A stretch of 32,000 bases of DNA from Candidatus Dormiibacterota bacterium (GCA_035602605.1 DATNLZ010000088.1:97339-129338); one strand, 5' to 3'; counted from the stretch's first letter, positions 17,064-26,635 are shown. The notes: generated by a model not told the origin, from the sequence alone. Program-made: numbers and translations.

Positions 17064-18068
17064 GTGTCTGTGCGAAACTTTTCGTTCATGGCGGCTCTTT
17101 CTGGCGGACTTGCAGGCATCGCAAAACTCGCGGCTATTTCAGTGCTCCTTGTCCTTCCTGCCTTGGCGCAAGCTCAAGAAAGCAGCGACAGACAAGATCA
17201 GCAGAACCAGCAGCAGGCCACCAGGGAAAAAACGAAGAAAGAGCCGCCTCCACCGCTGTTCTTGAGACATCGCCGAGGCATTTACAAGAATGCGTTGGGC
17301 GTTGCGGTCGTTGACGCCACTCCCCAGTCTCCGCCGCTGGAAACGGATGATCCGAGCGTTCCCGATAAAGGCGAATACGAGATTAATCTCACCACGCGCG
17401 CCGCTTTCTCAAAAGAACTGCGGACATTTGATTTTTTTGTTGTCGATGCCAACTATGGAATTTTGCCCAAGATCTTTGGTCATGAGCTCCCTGCCCAGGT
17501 GAAATTTGAATTCCCGCTGGCAGGCGCGAAGGCGCCTGGCGACCCTATGAGAGTCGGCATTGGCACTGCCAAGTTCGGCCTTAAACTCAATTTCTATAAC
17601 AGCGAACACAAAGGTATGTATATTTCGCTCTACCCGCAAATTGAGTTTGCCGTTCCAGGCGCCAATGCCGTCGAGAAAGGCTTGGCAGAACCGGGTCAAA
17701 CGTTGATCTTGCCGCTGCTGGTGCAGAAGGAATTTAGGTACCTTACGTTTGTAGCGAATGGCATCATTAAGCAACCGATTCACGATCCGGCACGAAACAC
17801 CACGGGCACTTTGGGTTTCGGTTTTGGACGCGCCATCACTCGACACACGGCGGCCATGGCCGAGATACGCCTTACTTCGATGTTTGATCTCCAGCGGGAA
17901 CGCCTGCTGGTCGTGAACTCCGGTTTGATGCGCCGCATTCGGGACAATGTGGTCCTGTACGCGCATGTAGGACGGAACGTTTTCTCAGACGAGGGTATCC
18001 GCCACATCTATGTTGGGGTTGGCGTGAAGTTTCTGCTCATGCCGAATGATGCGGCAGGAAAGAAGTGA
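17064..18068 (+). CDS. Putative outer-membrane beta-barrel protein (MetA-pathway/'transporter' family-like)
   Basis: 334 aa with GTG 17064 (alternative ATG 17088) and a signal peptide ending LPALAQAQE. A Q-rich linker is followed by ETDDPSVPDKGEYEINL and alternating beta-strand-like sequence to the C-terminus. The family call is weak. Confidence 0.5.
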   Translation: MSVRNFSFMAALSGGLAGIAKLAAISVLLVLPALAQAQESSDRQDQQNQQQATREKTKKEPPPPLFLRHRRGIYKNALGVAVVDATPQSPPLETDDPSVPDKGEYEINLTTRAAFSKELRTFDFFVVDANYGILPKIFGHELPAQVKFEFPLAGAKAPGDPMRVGIGTAKFGLKLNFYNSEHKGMYISLYPQIEFAVPGANAVEKGLAEPGQTLILPLLVQKEFRYLTFVANGIIKQPIHDPARNTTGTLGFGFGRAITRHTAAMAEIRLTSMFDLQRERLLVVNSGLMRRIRDNVVLYAHVGRNVFSDEGIRHIYVGVGVKFLLMPNDAAGKK

Positions 18069-18316
18069 GCGGGCAGGGAACACTTGTGCGCACCTGCTCG
18101 ACAAGATCTTCTGGGCCACCGCTCGTCGATTCTGGTCCGGATCGCACTAGTAACCCTTCGGTTAACACATGAATTTGCGCCGAAACCGGGGGATCATGAA
18201 TCAAAGACTCATGCTCCTAAGCACCTGTCTCGCTGCAGTTCAGCCTAGTCCCGCCCGCTGCGCTCCGATTGCACTCGCTCCTGTTCTCCGCGCGCATTTC
18301 GTTCGCGCAATCTCCC

Positions 18317-20737
18317 TCACTCATGCCTAAGCGTCACCATGGGATCAAGCCTCATCGCCCGGAGTGCAGGGATGCAGCTCGCGAACATCGCCACCACAAC
18401 GAGGAGAAACGACACCGCGGCGAACGTAACGGGATCGGCGGCGCTGAGATTGTAGAGTTGGCTCGAGATAAGTCGGGTGAGCGCAGCTCCGAGAGCCAGC
18501 CCAACGCCAATTCCGACAAGTGTCAGGAGTATCGCCTCGCGGAGCACCATTTTCAGCACGTTCGCTCGTTCGGCGCCGAAAGCCATGCGGATGCCAATCT
18601 CCTTCGTTCTCCGCACAACAGAGTAGGACATGGTTCCATAAAGCCCCATTGAGGCCAGCAGCAATGCGAGCACTCCAAAGAAAGATGTGAGCCGTGCGAG
18701 CGATCGCTTGGCGCCTAAAGACTGAGTCACGATCTCGTCCTGCGTCTGAACGCTACCCACAGGCAGGTTTCTGTCGACGGCCTGCGCCGCGTCGTGCATG
18801 CCGTTCGCTATGTCGCGAGGATTTGCCGTAGTGCGCACCTCGATCACGGCTTGCCCGGTCATCGTTGGTGGTGCCTGTGTGAATGGGATATACGTGGCAT
18901 GCGGAGAACGGTTGTACTGTTCTTCGCGAAATTCAGTCAGGATGTCCTTGGTCACTCCGACTATCTCCACGTCGCCGGTTGCATCTTCACCGGTAAAACG
19001 GAAATTTCTGCCAATTGGATTCTCACCGCGGAAATACTGCCGCGCCATGCTCTCGCTAATTATCGCCACTCTGGGCGCGGTCGCAGTGTCCGCGGGCATA
19101 AAGTCCCGGCCCAACAATAACGGGATTCCCATGGTGGCGAAAAACTTCGGAGCAGTTGTGTTGCACGAGACTCTCATGTCTTCTTTTGCCCCGGGCGCGT
19201 ATCTGGGGATCGAAACTGAACGCGCCCAAAAGCCGCTAAAGAGTTGCAACCGGGAAAGGCTAGCCGACTGCACGCCGGGAAGCGAATTCAGCCTCTCCAA
19301 CAATTGCCAATAGAGGCTGTACTCCTTCGAAGTGTCGTATCCGACCATTGTTGGCAAGGCCCACATGACCAACACGTTTTCGCGGTCGAACCCCACATCA
19401 ACGTTGCTGAGGTTCTGGACAGTCCGCAAGAGTAGCCCTGCGCCGATCAGCAATATCAACGAAAGCGCGATCTGTGAAACAACTAAACCTTTTCCTAATC
19501 CCCAGCGTGCACCTGCGATGCTTACGGAAGAACCGCTAGAACCGTGAGGGCCCCCTTTCAGCGCGGGAGTAAGATCGACCCGAGTAGCTCGAAGCGCAGG
19601 CACAAGCCCGAAGCTGATCCCTGTCAATATCGATACGACGGCTGTAAAGCCGAGGACACGTAGATCTGGTGAGATCGGAGTTGCATGCTCAGACAGCAAT
19701 GCCCCTAAAAGGTGACCGCCCCACAACGCCAGCAACAAACCGAGGCAGCCTGCCATAACCGTGAGAAGAATACTTTCCGTCAGCAATTGCCGGACGAGCC
19801 GCCCGCGTCCCGCTCCGATCGTAAGCCGAATCGCGATTTCTCTTTGCCGAGCGGTACCTCGGGCCAAGAGAAGATTAGCGACATTAGCGCATGCGATCAG
19901 TAACACCATTCCGACCACAGCTGCCACGATGCGCAGGTGCGTAGAAAAGCGGTAAATCCCTCCGTGGCCCGCGGGCCTTGACTGAATCTTTTTCTCCAGA
20001 ATACGGCGGTGCTCGGCCGGCGTGAGTATGCTTCCGGCCGACTCCATCAAAATTTGTTGATAGATCAACGTCAGTTCGACATCGGCCTCTCTTTCACTGA
20101 TCTCCGGCTTCAGACGGCCGATGATATTTACCGTAGTGTTGTCTTTCATCGCGAGGAGGGGATGAGACACCATGGGGACCAAGAGGTCCGCACCCTGCGC
20201 TCTGCCGAAGTCTGGCGCTACGCCTACAACCGTGAAGGGAATGCGTTTCAACGTAATCGTCTTTCCCAAAATATAGGGAGAAAGTGCGTATCTTGTCTTC
20301 CAGTAATTGTAAGTGAGGACGCACACGAAAGAACTGCTCGGTTGGTCGTCCTGCGGAGTGATTACTCGGCCGAGAACCGCATCAATGCCCATCACGGAGT
20401 GATAAGACCCGGACACGAACTTTCCGATGAGACGTTGGGAGCTGCCATCGACGCTGGCGATCATCGGGCCTTCGTCCACGGCAAAGATTCCCGAGAATGA
20501 ACGCGTTCGGGCGGCCAGTCTCTCGTACTCGGAGATGAGAAAATCCTGTTTCAGCTGGAACAACTGCTGGGGATTCTTGATCGGCAACCAGCGCAGTACC
20601 GCTTGATCGATCAGGCTGAAGATCGCAGTATTGGCGCCGATACCGAGCGCAAGCGACAGCACCACCACTGAGGTAAAACCACCGCTCCTGGCGAGAACGC
20701 GTAGGCCATAGCGCAGATCCTGTATCAAGGTTCCCAT
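18317..20737 (-). CDS. ADOP-family permease (duplicated MacB-like periplasmic domain plus FtsX), copy 1
   Basis: The ORF is open to 20788, but the family-typical N-terminus MGTLIQDLRYGLRVLARSGGFT starts at ATG 20737. Two FtsX modules are present. The C-terminus IPALRAMRLDPMVTLRHE is typical of the family. No ATPase gene is adjacent. Confidence 0.88.
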   Translation of the reverse strand: MGTLIQDLRYGLRVLARSGGFTSVVVLSLALGIGANTAIFSLIDQAVLRWLPIKNPQQLFQLKQDFLISEYERLAARTRSFSGIFAVDEGPMIASVDGSSQRLIGKFVSGSYHSVMGIDAVLGRVITPQDDQPSSSFVCVLTYNYWKTRYALSPYILGKTITLKRIPFTVVGVAPDFGRAQGADLLVPMVSHPLLAMKDNTTVNIIGRLKPEISEREADVELTLIYQQILMESAGSILTPAEHRRILEKKIQSRPAGHGGIYRFSTHLRIVAAVVGMVLLIACANVANLLLARGTARQREIAIRLTIGAGRGRLVRQLLTESILLTVMAGCLGLLLALWGGHLLGALLSEHATPISPDLRVLGFTAVVSILTGISFGLVPALRATRVDLTPALKGGPHGSSGSSVSIAGARWGLGKGLVVSQIALSLILLIGAGLLLRTVQNLSNVDVGFDRENVLVMWALPTMVGYDTSKEYSLYWQLLERLNSLPGVQSASLSRLQLFSGFWARSVSIPRYAPGAKEDMRVSCNTTAPKFFATMGIPLLLGRDFMPADTATAPRVAIISESMARQYFRGENPIGRNFRFTGEDATGDVEIVGVTKDILTEFREEQYNRSPHATYIPFTQAPPTMTGQAVIEVRTTANPRDIANGMHDAAQAVDRNLPVGSVQTQDEIVTQSLGAKRSLARLTSFFGVLALLLASMGLYGTMSYSVVRRTKEIGIRMAFGAERANVLKMVLREAILLTLVGIGVGLALGAALTRLISSQLYNLSAADPVTFAAVSFLLVVVAMFASCIPALRAMRLDPMVTLRHE

Positions 20738-21170
20738 AACCGCGACCTTCTCGCCCACCTCGAGCTGCCAAGTCGATACCAGCTGCACGACTCATGCCCA
20801 GGGCTCAACTGACTAAGTGATTGAAAACAGGAGCAAAGAAGAACGTGGCATAGCTCCCTCATACACTTAGGCGCTCGCTTCCGAAACACCCCTGTCCGAA
20901 AACGGACGATTAGGCCGATGCAACACGGCGAGTTGTCGGATGCTGGTCTGATCCGAGCCGTCGCGGCCGAGAGACCAATGAGCTGCTGTGCTGCTACCAG
21001 GGTGGAACCGGAACCACAGAAAGGGCTCTTCGTAAGGGACAGGGAACTCTGCCACCGGTGTCGTATTCGTTGGAAGCGCGCTTCCGATACAGCTCTAACG
21101 TTTCTGGACCGTAAGGTGGGTCAGCTCCTCGTCCGAGATGGCGACTCCTCGTCCACCGGCATCCTCCCTA

Positions 21171-21220
21171 TTGACACTCTATATATAGATCAATAGTATT
21201 CCTATAGACCGTCGATAGGA
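21171..21220 (+). promoter_or_regulatory. Near-consensus sigma70-type promoter of the padR operon with palindromic operator candidates
   Basis: TTGACA (21171-21176), a 17-nt spacer, then TAGTAT (21194-21199). A perfect 12-bp palindrome TCTATATATAGA (21178-21189) lies inside the spacer. An imperfect inverted repeat TCCTATAGAC-c-GTCGATAGGA (21200-21220, 9/10 matches) lies just downstream of the -10 element. Confidence 0.5.
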
Positions 21221-21252
21221 GATATGTCCTGAACTCTGAACCGACAACCCTT

Positions 21253-21561
21253 TTGCAAGGGACCTTGGACTTGCTGATCTTGAAATCGCTTGTCGCTGGC
21301 GAGATGCACGGACTGGGAATCTCGCGAAGAATCCAGCAAATCACAGGCGGCACTTTTGTTGTTAAGCCCGGCTCCCTCTTTCCTGCCCTCCACCGAATGG
21401 AGGAAGAGGGTTGGATTTCCTCTTTTTGGGGAGATTCGGAAAACAACCGCCGCGCGAAATACTACCGCTTGACCAAGGCTGGACGGAAGCAACTCGAAGT
21501 CGAAACCAAGCGATGGGGCCGCATTTCATGGGCGATCGCTCAAGCTTTGGAAGCGTCGTAG
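21253..21561 (+). CDS. padR: PadR-family transcriptional regulator (acidobacterial ADOP-associated type)
   Basis: LQGTLDLLILKSL...GSLFPALHRMEEEGWISSFWGDSENNRRAKYYRLTKAGRKQL is the PadR wHTH signature. The only in-frame starts are TTG 21253 and CTG 21229. The CTG is preceded by AGGAG at a 7-nt spacing. Confidence 0.85.
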   Translation: MQGTLDLLILKSLVAGEMHGLGISRRIQQITGGTFVVKPGSLFPALHRMEEEGWISSFWGDSENNRRAKYYRLTKAGRKQLEVETKRWGRISWAIAQALEAS

Positions 21562-21574
21562 AGAGGTGTTTAGC

Positions 21575-24250
21575 ATGCCGCTGCTCGTAAAAGTTCGAAG
21601 CTTCCTGCGAAATCTCTTCTTATCTCGTGGTGTGGAGGTAGACCTCGACCAGGAACTTTATTCCCACCTCGAACTGCTGACCGAGGAAAACACTCGCGCG
21701 GGCATGCCGCCTGAGGAAGCGCAACGGGCCGCGCGAATCGAATTGGGCGGCATCGAACAGGTGAAAGAACAGGTTCGCGACCAAGGGCTTGGCAACTGGC
21801 TCCACTCGGTGGTCTCCGATTGCCGCTACGGTCTCCGCCAACTCCGGAAGAACCCCAGTGCCACCGCCGTCATGGTCTTTACGCTCGCGCTGGCCATCGG
21901 CGCGACCACGGCAATTTTCAGCGTTGTATACGGCGTGTTGCTGCGCCCGCTGCCGTACCCCGATTCGAGCCGAATCATGGCCGTCTTCGAGGTCAACTCC
22001 AAGGGAACGTGGTCTCGCGTTGCGGATCCGAACTTCGACGATTTTCGCGATCAAAACCGCAGCTTTCAGGCGATTGCAAAGTACAATGACAACACCGCGT
22101 CCGTTTCCGGTACTTCGCGGCCGACGCGCACGACGATCGCGGGCGTCTCCCCCGACTTTCTCAAGGTCTTCGGAGTTCAGCCGACCCTCGGGCGGGATTT
22201 CAGCGCCAGCGACGCGAAAAAAGGGGCCGGCCCCACCGTTCTCGTCAGCTATGGATACTGGAGGCAGTATCTCGGATCGTCGCCGGACCTCTCGCAGTCG
22301 CACCTAAAAATTGATGGCGCGGTCTTCTCCGTTATCGGCGTGCTCCCGGCCGGGTTTCACTTCCCGCCCGACGTGGATCTGTGGCTGCCGGCCGATTTGG
22401 ACGGGGAAAATCCAAGCAGGACGTCGCACAACTACAATGCAGTCGGGCGCCTCCGCGACGTTGTGACTGTCCAACAAGCGAATCAAGACATCAGCGCGAT
22501 AGCCCGGCGCATTCACGATACATCGAGCGAGCCAGGCGATTATCTCCTCAAAGATGGAATTGTCGTCCCGCTACAGGACTCGATCACGGTCAAAGCTCGC
22601 CCGGCGCTGCTGGTCCTGCTCGGTGCGGTTGGATTTCTGCTGCTGGTGGCGTGCGCGAACGTGGCGAATTTGCTGCTGGCACAAGCGTCGGTGAGAGAGC
22701 GCGAGCTCGCCGTTCGCAGCGCGCTCGGTGCGGCGCGCGGACGGCTGATCCGTCAATTCCTTACCGAAGCATTCCTGCTTGCGCTGGCCGGCGGCGGCCT
22801 TGGCGTACTGGGAGCGCTCGGGGGCGTGGCGGGACTACTTTCGCTGGCGCCGGGAAATCTACCGCGGCTGGGCAGCGTCTCGATCAGTATTCCGGTACTT
22901 GTGTTCGCGTTCCTGCTTTCCACCGCAGTCGCCGGCGGACTCGGAGCATTCACCGCCACACGCGCGACTTCCGGGGACCTGCGCAAGGGCCTCGTGGAAG
23001 GCGGGCGTGAACAAGCGGGTTCGCAAGGCAGCCAGCGCGTTGGCCAGGTAATCGTGGCGGCGCAGATCGCGATAACGTTTGTTCTCGTGGTCGGAGCAGG
23101 ATTGCTCGGACGCAGCCTGATGAAAGTGCTCGAAGTGAATCCCGGGTTCCGCGTGGATAAAATTGTCACGATGGATGTCTCGCTTCGGTGGGTTGGTCCG
23201 AAGGCGAAGGCAGGTCAGGCGATTTTCTTTTCAAACCTGATTGACCGGCTCAAACAAATCCCGGGCGTGCGCAACGTTGGCGCGACTAGCGTCCTGCCGA
23301 TGGTGGATGGCGGCCTTCCCGACGGAATGTTTCTACTGATGACGCAGAATGAGATCCCCAAGACCTTGGATGGTTTTGGTGCGCTGTTTCAGCAAAAAGA
23401 ACGCATTGGCTTTGCGGATTTCTGCGTCGCCACGGACGGATACTTCCAGGTTCTCGGAATTCCGCTGATTCGCGGGCGAATTTTCGACGCGCGCGACGGC
23501 GCGAATTCTCCGCACGTTGCCGTGATCAGCGAATCGCTTGCGCGCGCCCGGTGGCCAAATCAGGACCCGATCGGCCACACGATTGAGTTTGGAAACATGG
23601 ATGGCGACTTGCGTTTGCTGACCATCGTCGGGATCGTGGGCGACACTCACCAATATGGCCTCGATGCGCCGCCGCGTCCGACCGTTTACGTGAATTTGTT
23701 CCAGCGGCCGCGCGCGGCGATCACCTTAACAATGCTGAGTGACGCTGACACGGGGTCCGTCGCTTCGGCGGCGCGAGGACTCCTGCAGGACCTCAACCCA
23801 GAGATTCCGGCGAGGTTCAGGACGTTTTCGCAAATTTATTCCGCTTCGCTGGGTTCGCGGAGATTCAACGTCATGCTCATCGGATTCTTCGGAATCACTG
23901 CGCTGCTGCTCGCAACGGCAGGGGTGTTTGGCGTGATGGCCTATTCGGTCAGCCGCCGCACGCGCGAAATTGGCGTGCGTGTCGCTCTCGGAGCGGGCTC
24001 CGCCGACGTTCTGCGGATGATCTTGAGCCAGGGATTGCGCACGATCTTCATTGGGGTGGCGATTGGGATTGCCGGGTCGCTGGCCCTGACGCGTAGCGTG
24101 GAGTCGCTGCTCTTTGGCGTGACTGCCACCGATCCGCTCACTTTCGGCGGTGTGATACTGGTCCTCGTTGGGGCAGCGCTGCTGGCTTGCTACATTCCGG
24201 CGCGGCGGGCAACGAGAGTAGACCCAATGGTTGCGTTGCGGTACGAGTGA
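21575..24250 (+). CDS. ADOP-family permease, copy 2, with an N-terminal 'permease prefix' extension
   Basis: ATG 21575 has GAGAGG 8 nt upstream (an alternative GTG is at 21566). The prefix is MPLLVKVRSFLRNLF...DLDQELYSHLELLTEEN..GMPPEEAQRAA, followed by DCRYGLRQLRKNPS and two FtsX modules. The C-terminus is IPARRATRVDPMVALRYE. It starts 14 nt after the padR stop. Confidence 0.9.
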   Translation: MPLLVKVRSFLRNLFLSRGVEVDLDQELYSHLELLTEENTRAGMPPEEAQRAARIELGGIEQVKEQVRDQGLGNWLHSVVSDCRYGLRQLRKNPSATAVMVFTLALAIGATTAIFSVVYGVLLRPLPYPDSSRIMAVFEVNSKGTWSRVADPNFDDFRDQNRSFQAIAKYNDNTASVSGTSRPTRTTIAGVSPDFLKVFGVQPTLGRDFSASDAKKGAGPTVLVSYGYWRQYLGSSPDLSQSHLKIDGAVFSVIGVLPAGFHFPPDVDLWLPADLDGENPSRTSHNYNAVGRLRDVVTVQQANQDISAIARRIHDTSSEPGDYLLKDGIVVPLQDSITVKARPALLVLLGAVGFLLLVACANVANLLLAQASVRERELAVRSALGAARGRLIRQFLTEAFLLALAGGGLGVLGALGGVAGLLSLAPGNLPRLGSVSISIPVLVFAFLLSTAVAGGLGAFTATRATSGDLRKGLVEGGREQAGSQGSQRVGQVIVAAQIAITFVLVVGAGLLGRSLMKVLEVNPGFRVDKIVTMDVSLRWVGPKAKAGQAIFFSNLIDRLKQIPGVRNVGATSVLPMVDGGLPDGMFLLMTQNEIPKTLDGFGALFQQKERIGFADFCVATDGYFQVLGIPLIRGRIFDARDGANSPHVAVISESLARARWPNQDPIGHTIEFGNMDGDLRLLTIVGIVGDTHQYGLDAPPRPTVYVNLFQRPRAAITLTMLSDADTGSVASAARGLLQDLNPEIPARFRTFSQIYSASLGSRRFNVMLIGFFGITALLLATAGVFGVMAYSVSRRTREIGVRVALGAGSADVLRMILSQGLRTIFIGVAIGIAGSLALTRSVESLLFGVTATDPLTFGGVILVLVGAALLACYIPARRATRVDPMVALRYE

Positions 24251-24259
24251 AGTGACGTT

Positions 24260-24281
24260 TCCGAAGGAATAGTCCTTCGGA
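24260..24281 (+). terminator. Stem-loop after ADOP permease 2 (putative intrinsic terminator without a U-tract)
   Basis: TCCGAAGGA (24260-24268), loop ATAG, TCCTTCGGA (24273-24281) form a perfect 9-bp stem 10 nt after the stop codon. No T-run follows. Confidence 0.45.
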
Positions 24282-24801
24282 CGAATGACCGGCAACCCTT
24301 CCTTAGAACAACCTTCATAAACCTGTGGGGGGCTTGCGGACACACCTGGCGATTGTGCCCGAGTCACCCGGAAACGACCTTGCAGGACCTAAAGCGGCTA
24401 CCGTTCGACTTGCCAAAGTGCAAGCGAGCCAGTAGTCCCGTTCGAGGAAATGGTGCAAACTGACACGAACTCCGGTGGAGACACAAGGAAAGGCCTGGTT
24501 TTCCCAGTGACTGCAGTGAAAAGACTCGCGCCCCCGGCTGCCAGAATCTCAGCCAGTGACATACCGGCAAGGTTCAATGAAGGGTGAGTTGCGACCCATC
24601 CATGTCACAACAACTCATCTTACGTAGCCAGATAAGGGGCGATCCGTTTTATTTTATATTTACAGGATGTTGTCCATCATTTTCAGTTCTACACACCGAT
24701 CCTCGTTGTCGCCGCCCTGCCCGTGGGCACAGTGGCTCTACTTGTGCTCGGCGGACCGATCCACCGGATAACTTTGGAGGAAGGGAAAATACCGAACTCA
24801 T

Positions 24802-25414
24802 ATGCAGAATTATCTGGATCTAACCGGGAAAGTTGCATTGATTACCGGCGCATCGTCGGGCATAGGCGCGGCAACGGCTTTGCTGTTTGCCGAACTGGGA
24901 GCCAACGTCGCGATTGGATATCACCAATGCAGGCCCGTTGGTGCGCCGCATGAAAGCGGTGGAGATGGATGAAGCGACATGGAACGAGATCCTCAATCTC
25001 AACCTCACCAGCGCTGCACTCTGCTCACGCGCAGTGGTTTCATCCATGGTCGAACGCAGGAGAGGCGCAATCATCAACGTGGTCTCGATCGCCGGACGAA
25101 ATGGCGGAGGACCGGGCGCCGGTCCATACGCAGCGGCGAAGGGTGAACTGATCACAGATAACAAATCACTGGCCAAGGAACTTGCTCCGCACGGCGTGCG
25201 CGTGAATGCCATCTCTCCCGGCGTAATCGACACTCCCTTTCACGAAGTGTTCTCGACGCCGGAAATGATGCGTAATTTCGTCGCCATGATTCCCCTCGGG
25301 CGCGTGGGCACGCCCATCGAATGCGCGAAAGTGATCGCTTTTCTGGCTTCCGATGCCGCCAGCTATATAGTAGGCGAAACCATCGAAGTAAACGGAGGCC
25401 AATTGATGTTGTGA
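24802..25414 (+). pseudogene. Short-chain dehydrogenase/reductase (FabG-like) with an internal out-of-frame deletion
   Basis: Frame 1 (24802-24972) reads [41 protein letters not shown], the Rossmann TGxxxGxG and beta2, then nonsense and TGA. Frame 2 (ORF 24887-25414) reads ..[27 protein letters not shown]...SIAG...YAAAKG...VRVNAISPGVIDTPF...GETIEVNGG. About 45-50 aa between beta2 and the NNAG motif are missing. The junction is near 24915-24935. Confidence 0.7.
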
Positions 25415-25644
25415 AATTCGAAACTCAATTATTTACATCCCGAAGGCCCCCATTCGCTCAAGTGCTTTTGAGCATGGATCATCCGATACGGCGCAGCTTA
25501 GGATCCTATGACCGCGGATCAACATGCGTCGAAACTCAGTCGTCCCGCTCGTTTGGCGATTTTACGACGCGGAGCAGTGTTCCTATGTCAAACCTATGAG
25601 CTGAAGTCTTTTTCGAGCGGATGATGAGGTCCTGGAGGCGTTCG

Positions 25645-26026
25645 ATGAAAAATCCTTAAGTACAGAAAAACCTAAATCACAAGTTAGCGGCCGCTTCCCA
25701 GGGACGGCGTTCCTTCATCGGCGGCATGGCAACCTTGGGAGTAGGGTTAGCCGGATCGGTCACCTTACCCACGACCGCGATGACACAGCCCACTCTGGAA
25801 GACCTTCGGAAAACAAAATCCGCAGCAGGTGGTTGTGGACACAGCACGATCATTGCTTCCGACCCGGCAACAGACGCAGAAACAACGGCTGGGAAAATCC
25901 GCGGCTTCAAGCGGAACGGTGGGTACATTTTCAAAGGCGTACCGTATGGTGCCTCCACAGCTGGCGCGAGGCGCTTCATGCCGCCAGTCAAGCCCGAACC
26001 CTGGAAGGGAATTCGCAGCGCACTGC
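25645..26026 (+). pseudogene. Carboxylesterase type-B N-terminal fragment with a Tat-type signal, an in-frame TAA at codon 5, and 3' truncation
   Basis: GGAGG lies 6 nt upstream of ATG 25645. The reading is [39 protein letters not shown]...[48 protein letters not shown]. The RR motif sits upstream of the first usable start (ATG 25726). Esterase similarity ends near 26020, about 100 of an expected ~500 aa. Confidence 0.6.
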
Positions 26027-26635
26027 AAGCTCACCGGGGTCGTTCTGGTGGTTGTGGGCTCGCTCGTCATGCATCGGAAGCTGTTTGCTGTTAGTTGGTT
26101 CGAACCGGTTCGAGCGGTTTTTCGCGAAAAGGGAAGCCGCTACATGCTGCTGGTAGGTCTGATCCTTTCGGTGAGTAACCCGTTGGATAAGAAGCTTGTC
26201 TTAATGAGCGATGCTTTCACTCAAGCGCTGGCCTACGGAGTTGGATTGTGCATCCTCTTCAGCTTCAGCCTTCTTGTCGTAGCCCGTCGTGCAGACACCT
26301 GGGGCGTGATTCGTGCGGCGCCAGGCTGGGTCGTCATCGCAGGGGCTCTAGACGCGAGCGTTCTGCTCTTACAGTTTTCGTCGCATAACTACATCGATGT
26401 CGTAATCACTATCAGCATTAAGCGCGCCGGTATCGTACTCGCGGTATTGTTTGGCTGGCTCTTCTTCAGGGAACGGAACATCAACGACAAACTCATTGCT
26501 GCTTCAGTGATGCTCGCCGGAGTGTTGATCCTGTACTTGCCGATGACTCTCGCACACGCGCTTGCGCTCGGGTGCTCCGCGCTCGGCGGGATGACGGTAG
26601 CGCTCTACTGGACACGGGGATCGGCGTGTTGCTGA
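26027..26635 (+). pseudogene. EamA/DMT-family transporter, C-terminal ~200 aa only (N-terminal part missing)
   Basis: In the frame of ORF 25829-26635, from [16 protein letters not shown] onward the sequence is membrane-helix-rich. It ends with an EamA-like second repeat: LLVGLILSVSNPLDKK...ISIKRAGIVLAVLFGWLFFRERNINDKLIAASVMLAGVLIL. The upstream part of this ORF is out-of-frame esterase sequence. Confidence 0.55.

Noticed and set aside
18196-18330. A 44-codon ORF (MNQRLMLLSTCLAAVQ...) with a signal-peptide-like start lies in the convergent gap between the OM protein gene and ADOP permease 1.
   Set aside because: There is no RBS, LSTC is not a good lipobox, and the ORF runs into the 3' end of the permease gene. 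It is not supportable.
20789-21170. ~380 bp upstream of ADOP permease 1 carries minus-strand strings reminiscent of an ECF sigma factor, spread over three frames: AISDEELTHLTVQKR, ELYRKRAS and AAQQLIGLSAATARIR.
   Set aside because: The fragments are short and low-complexity, and they total under 100 aa of an expected ~180. They could be coincidental in GC-rich DNA. I cannot support a pseudogene call without a profile search.
24636-24953. An open frame encoding a TM-helix-like string (FQFYTPILVVAALPVGTVALLVLGGPIHR) lies upstream of the SDR gene, next to an AT-rich patch (24640-24665).
   Set aside because: There is no canonical start codon before the hydrophobic segment; the first is GTG 24723, inside it. 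The rest of the frame is out-of-frame SDR sequence. It is possibly another remnant but is not supportable.
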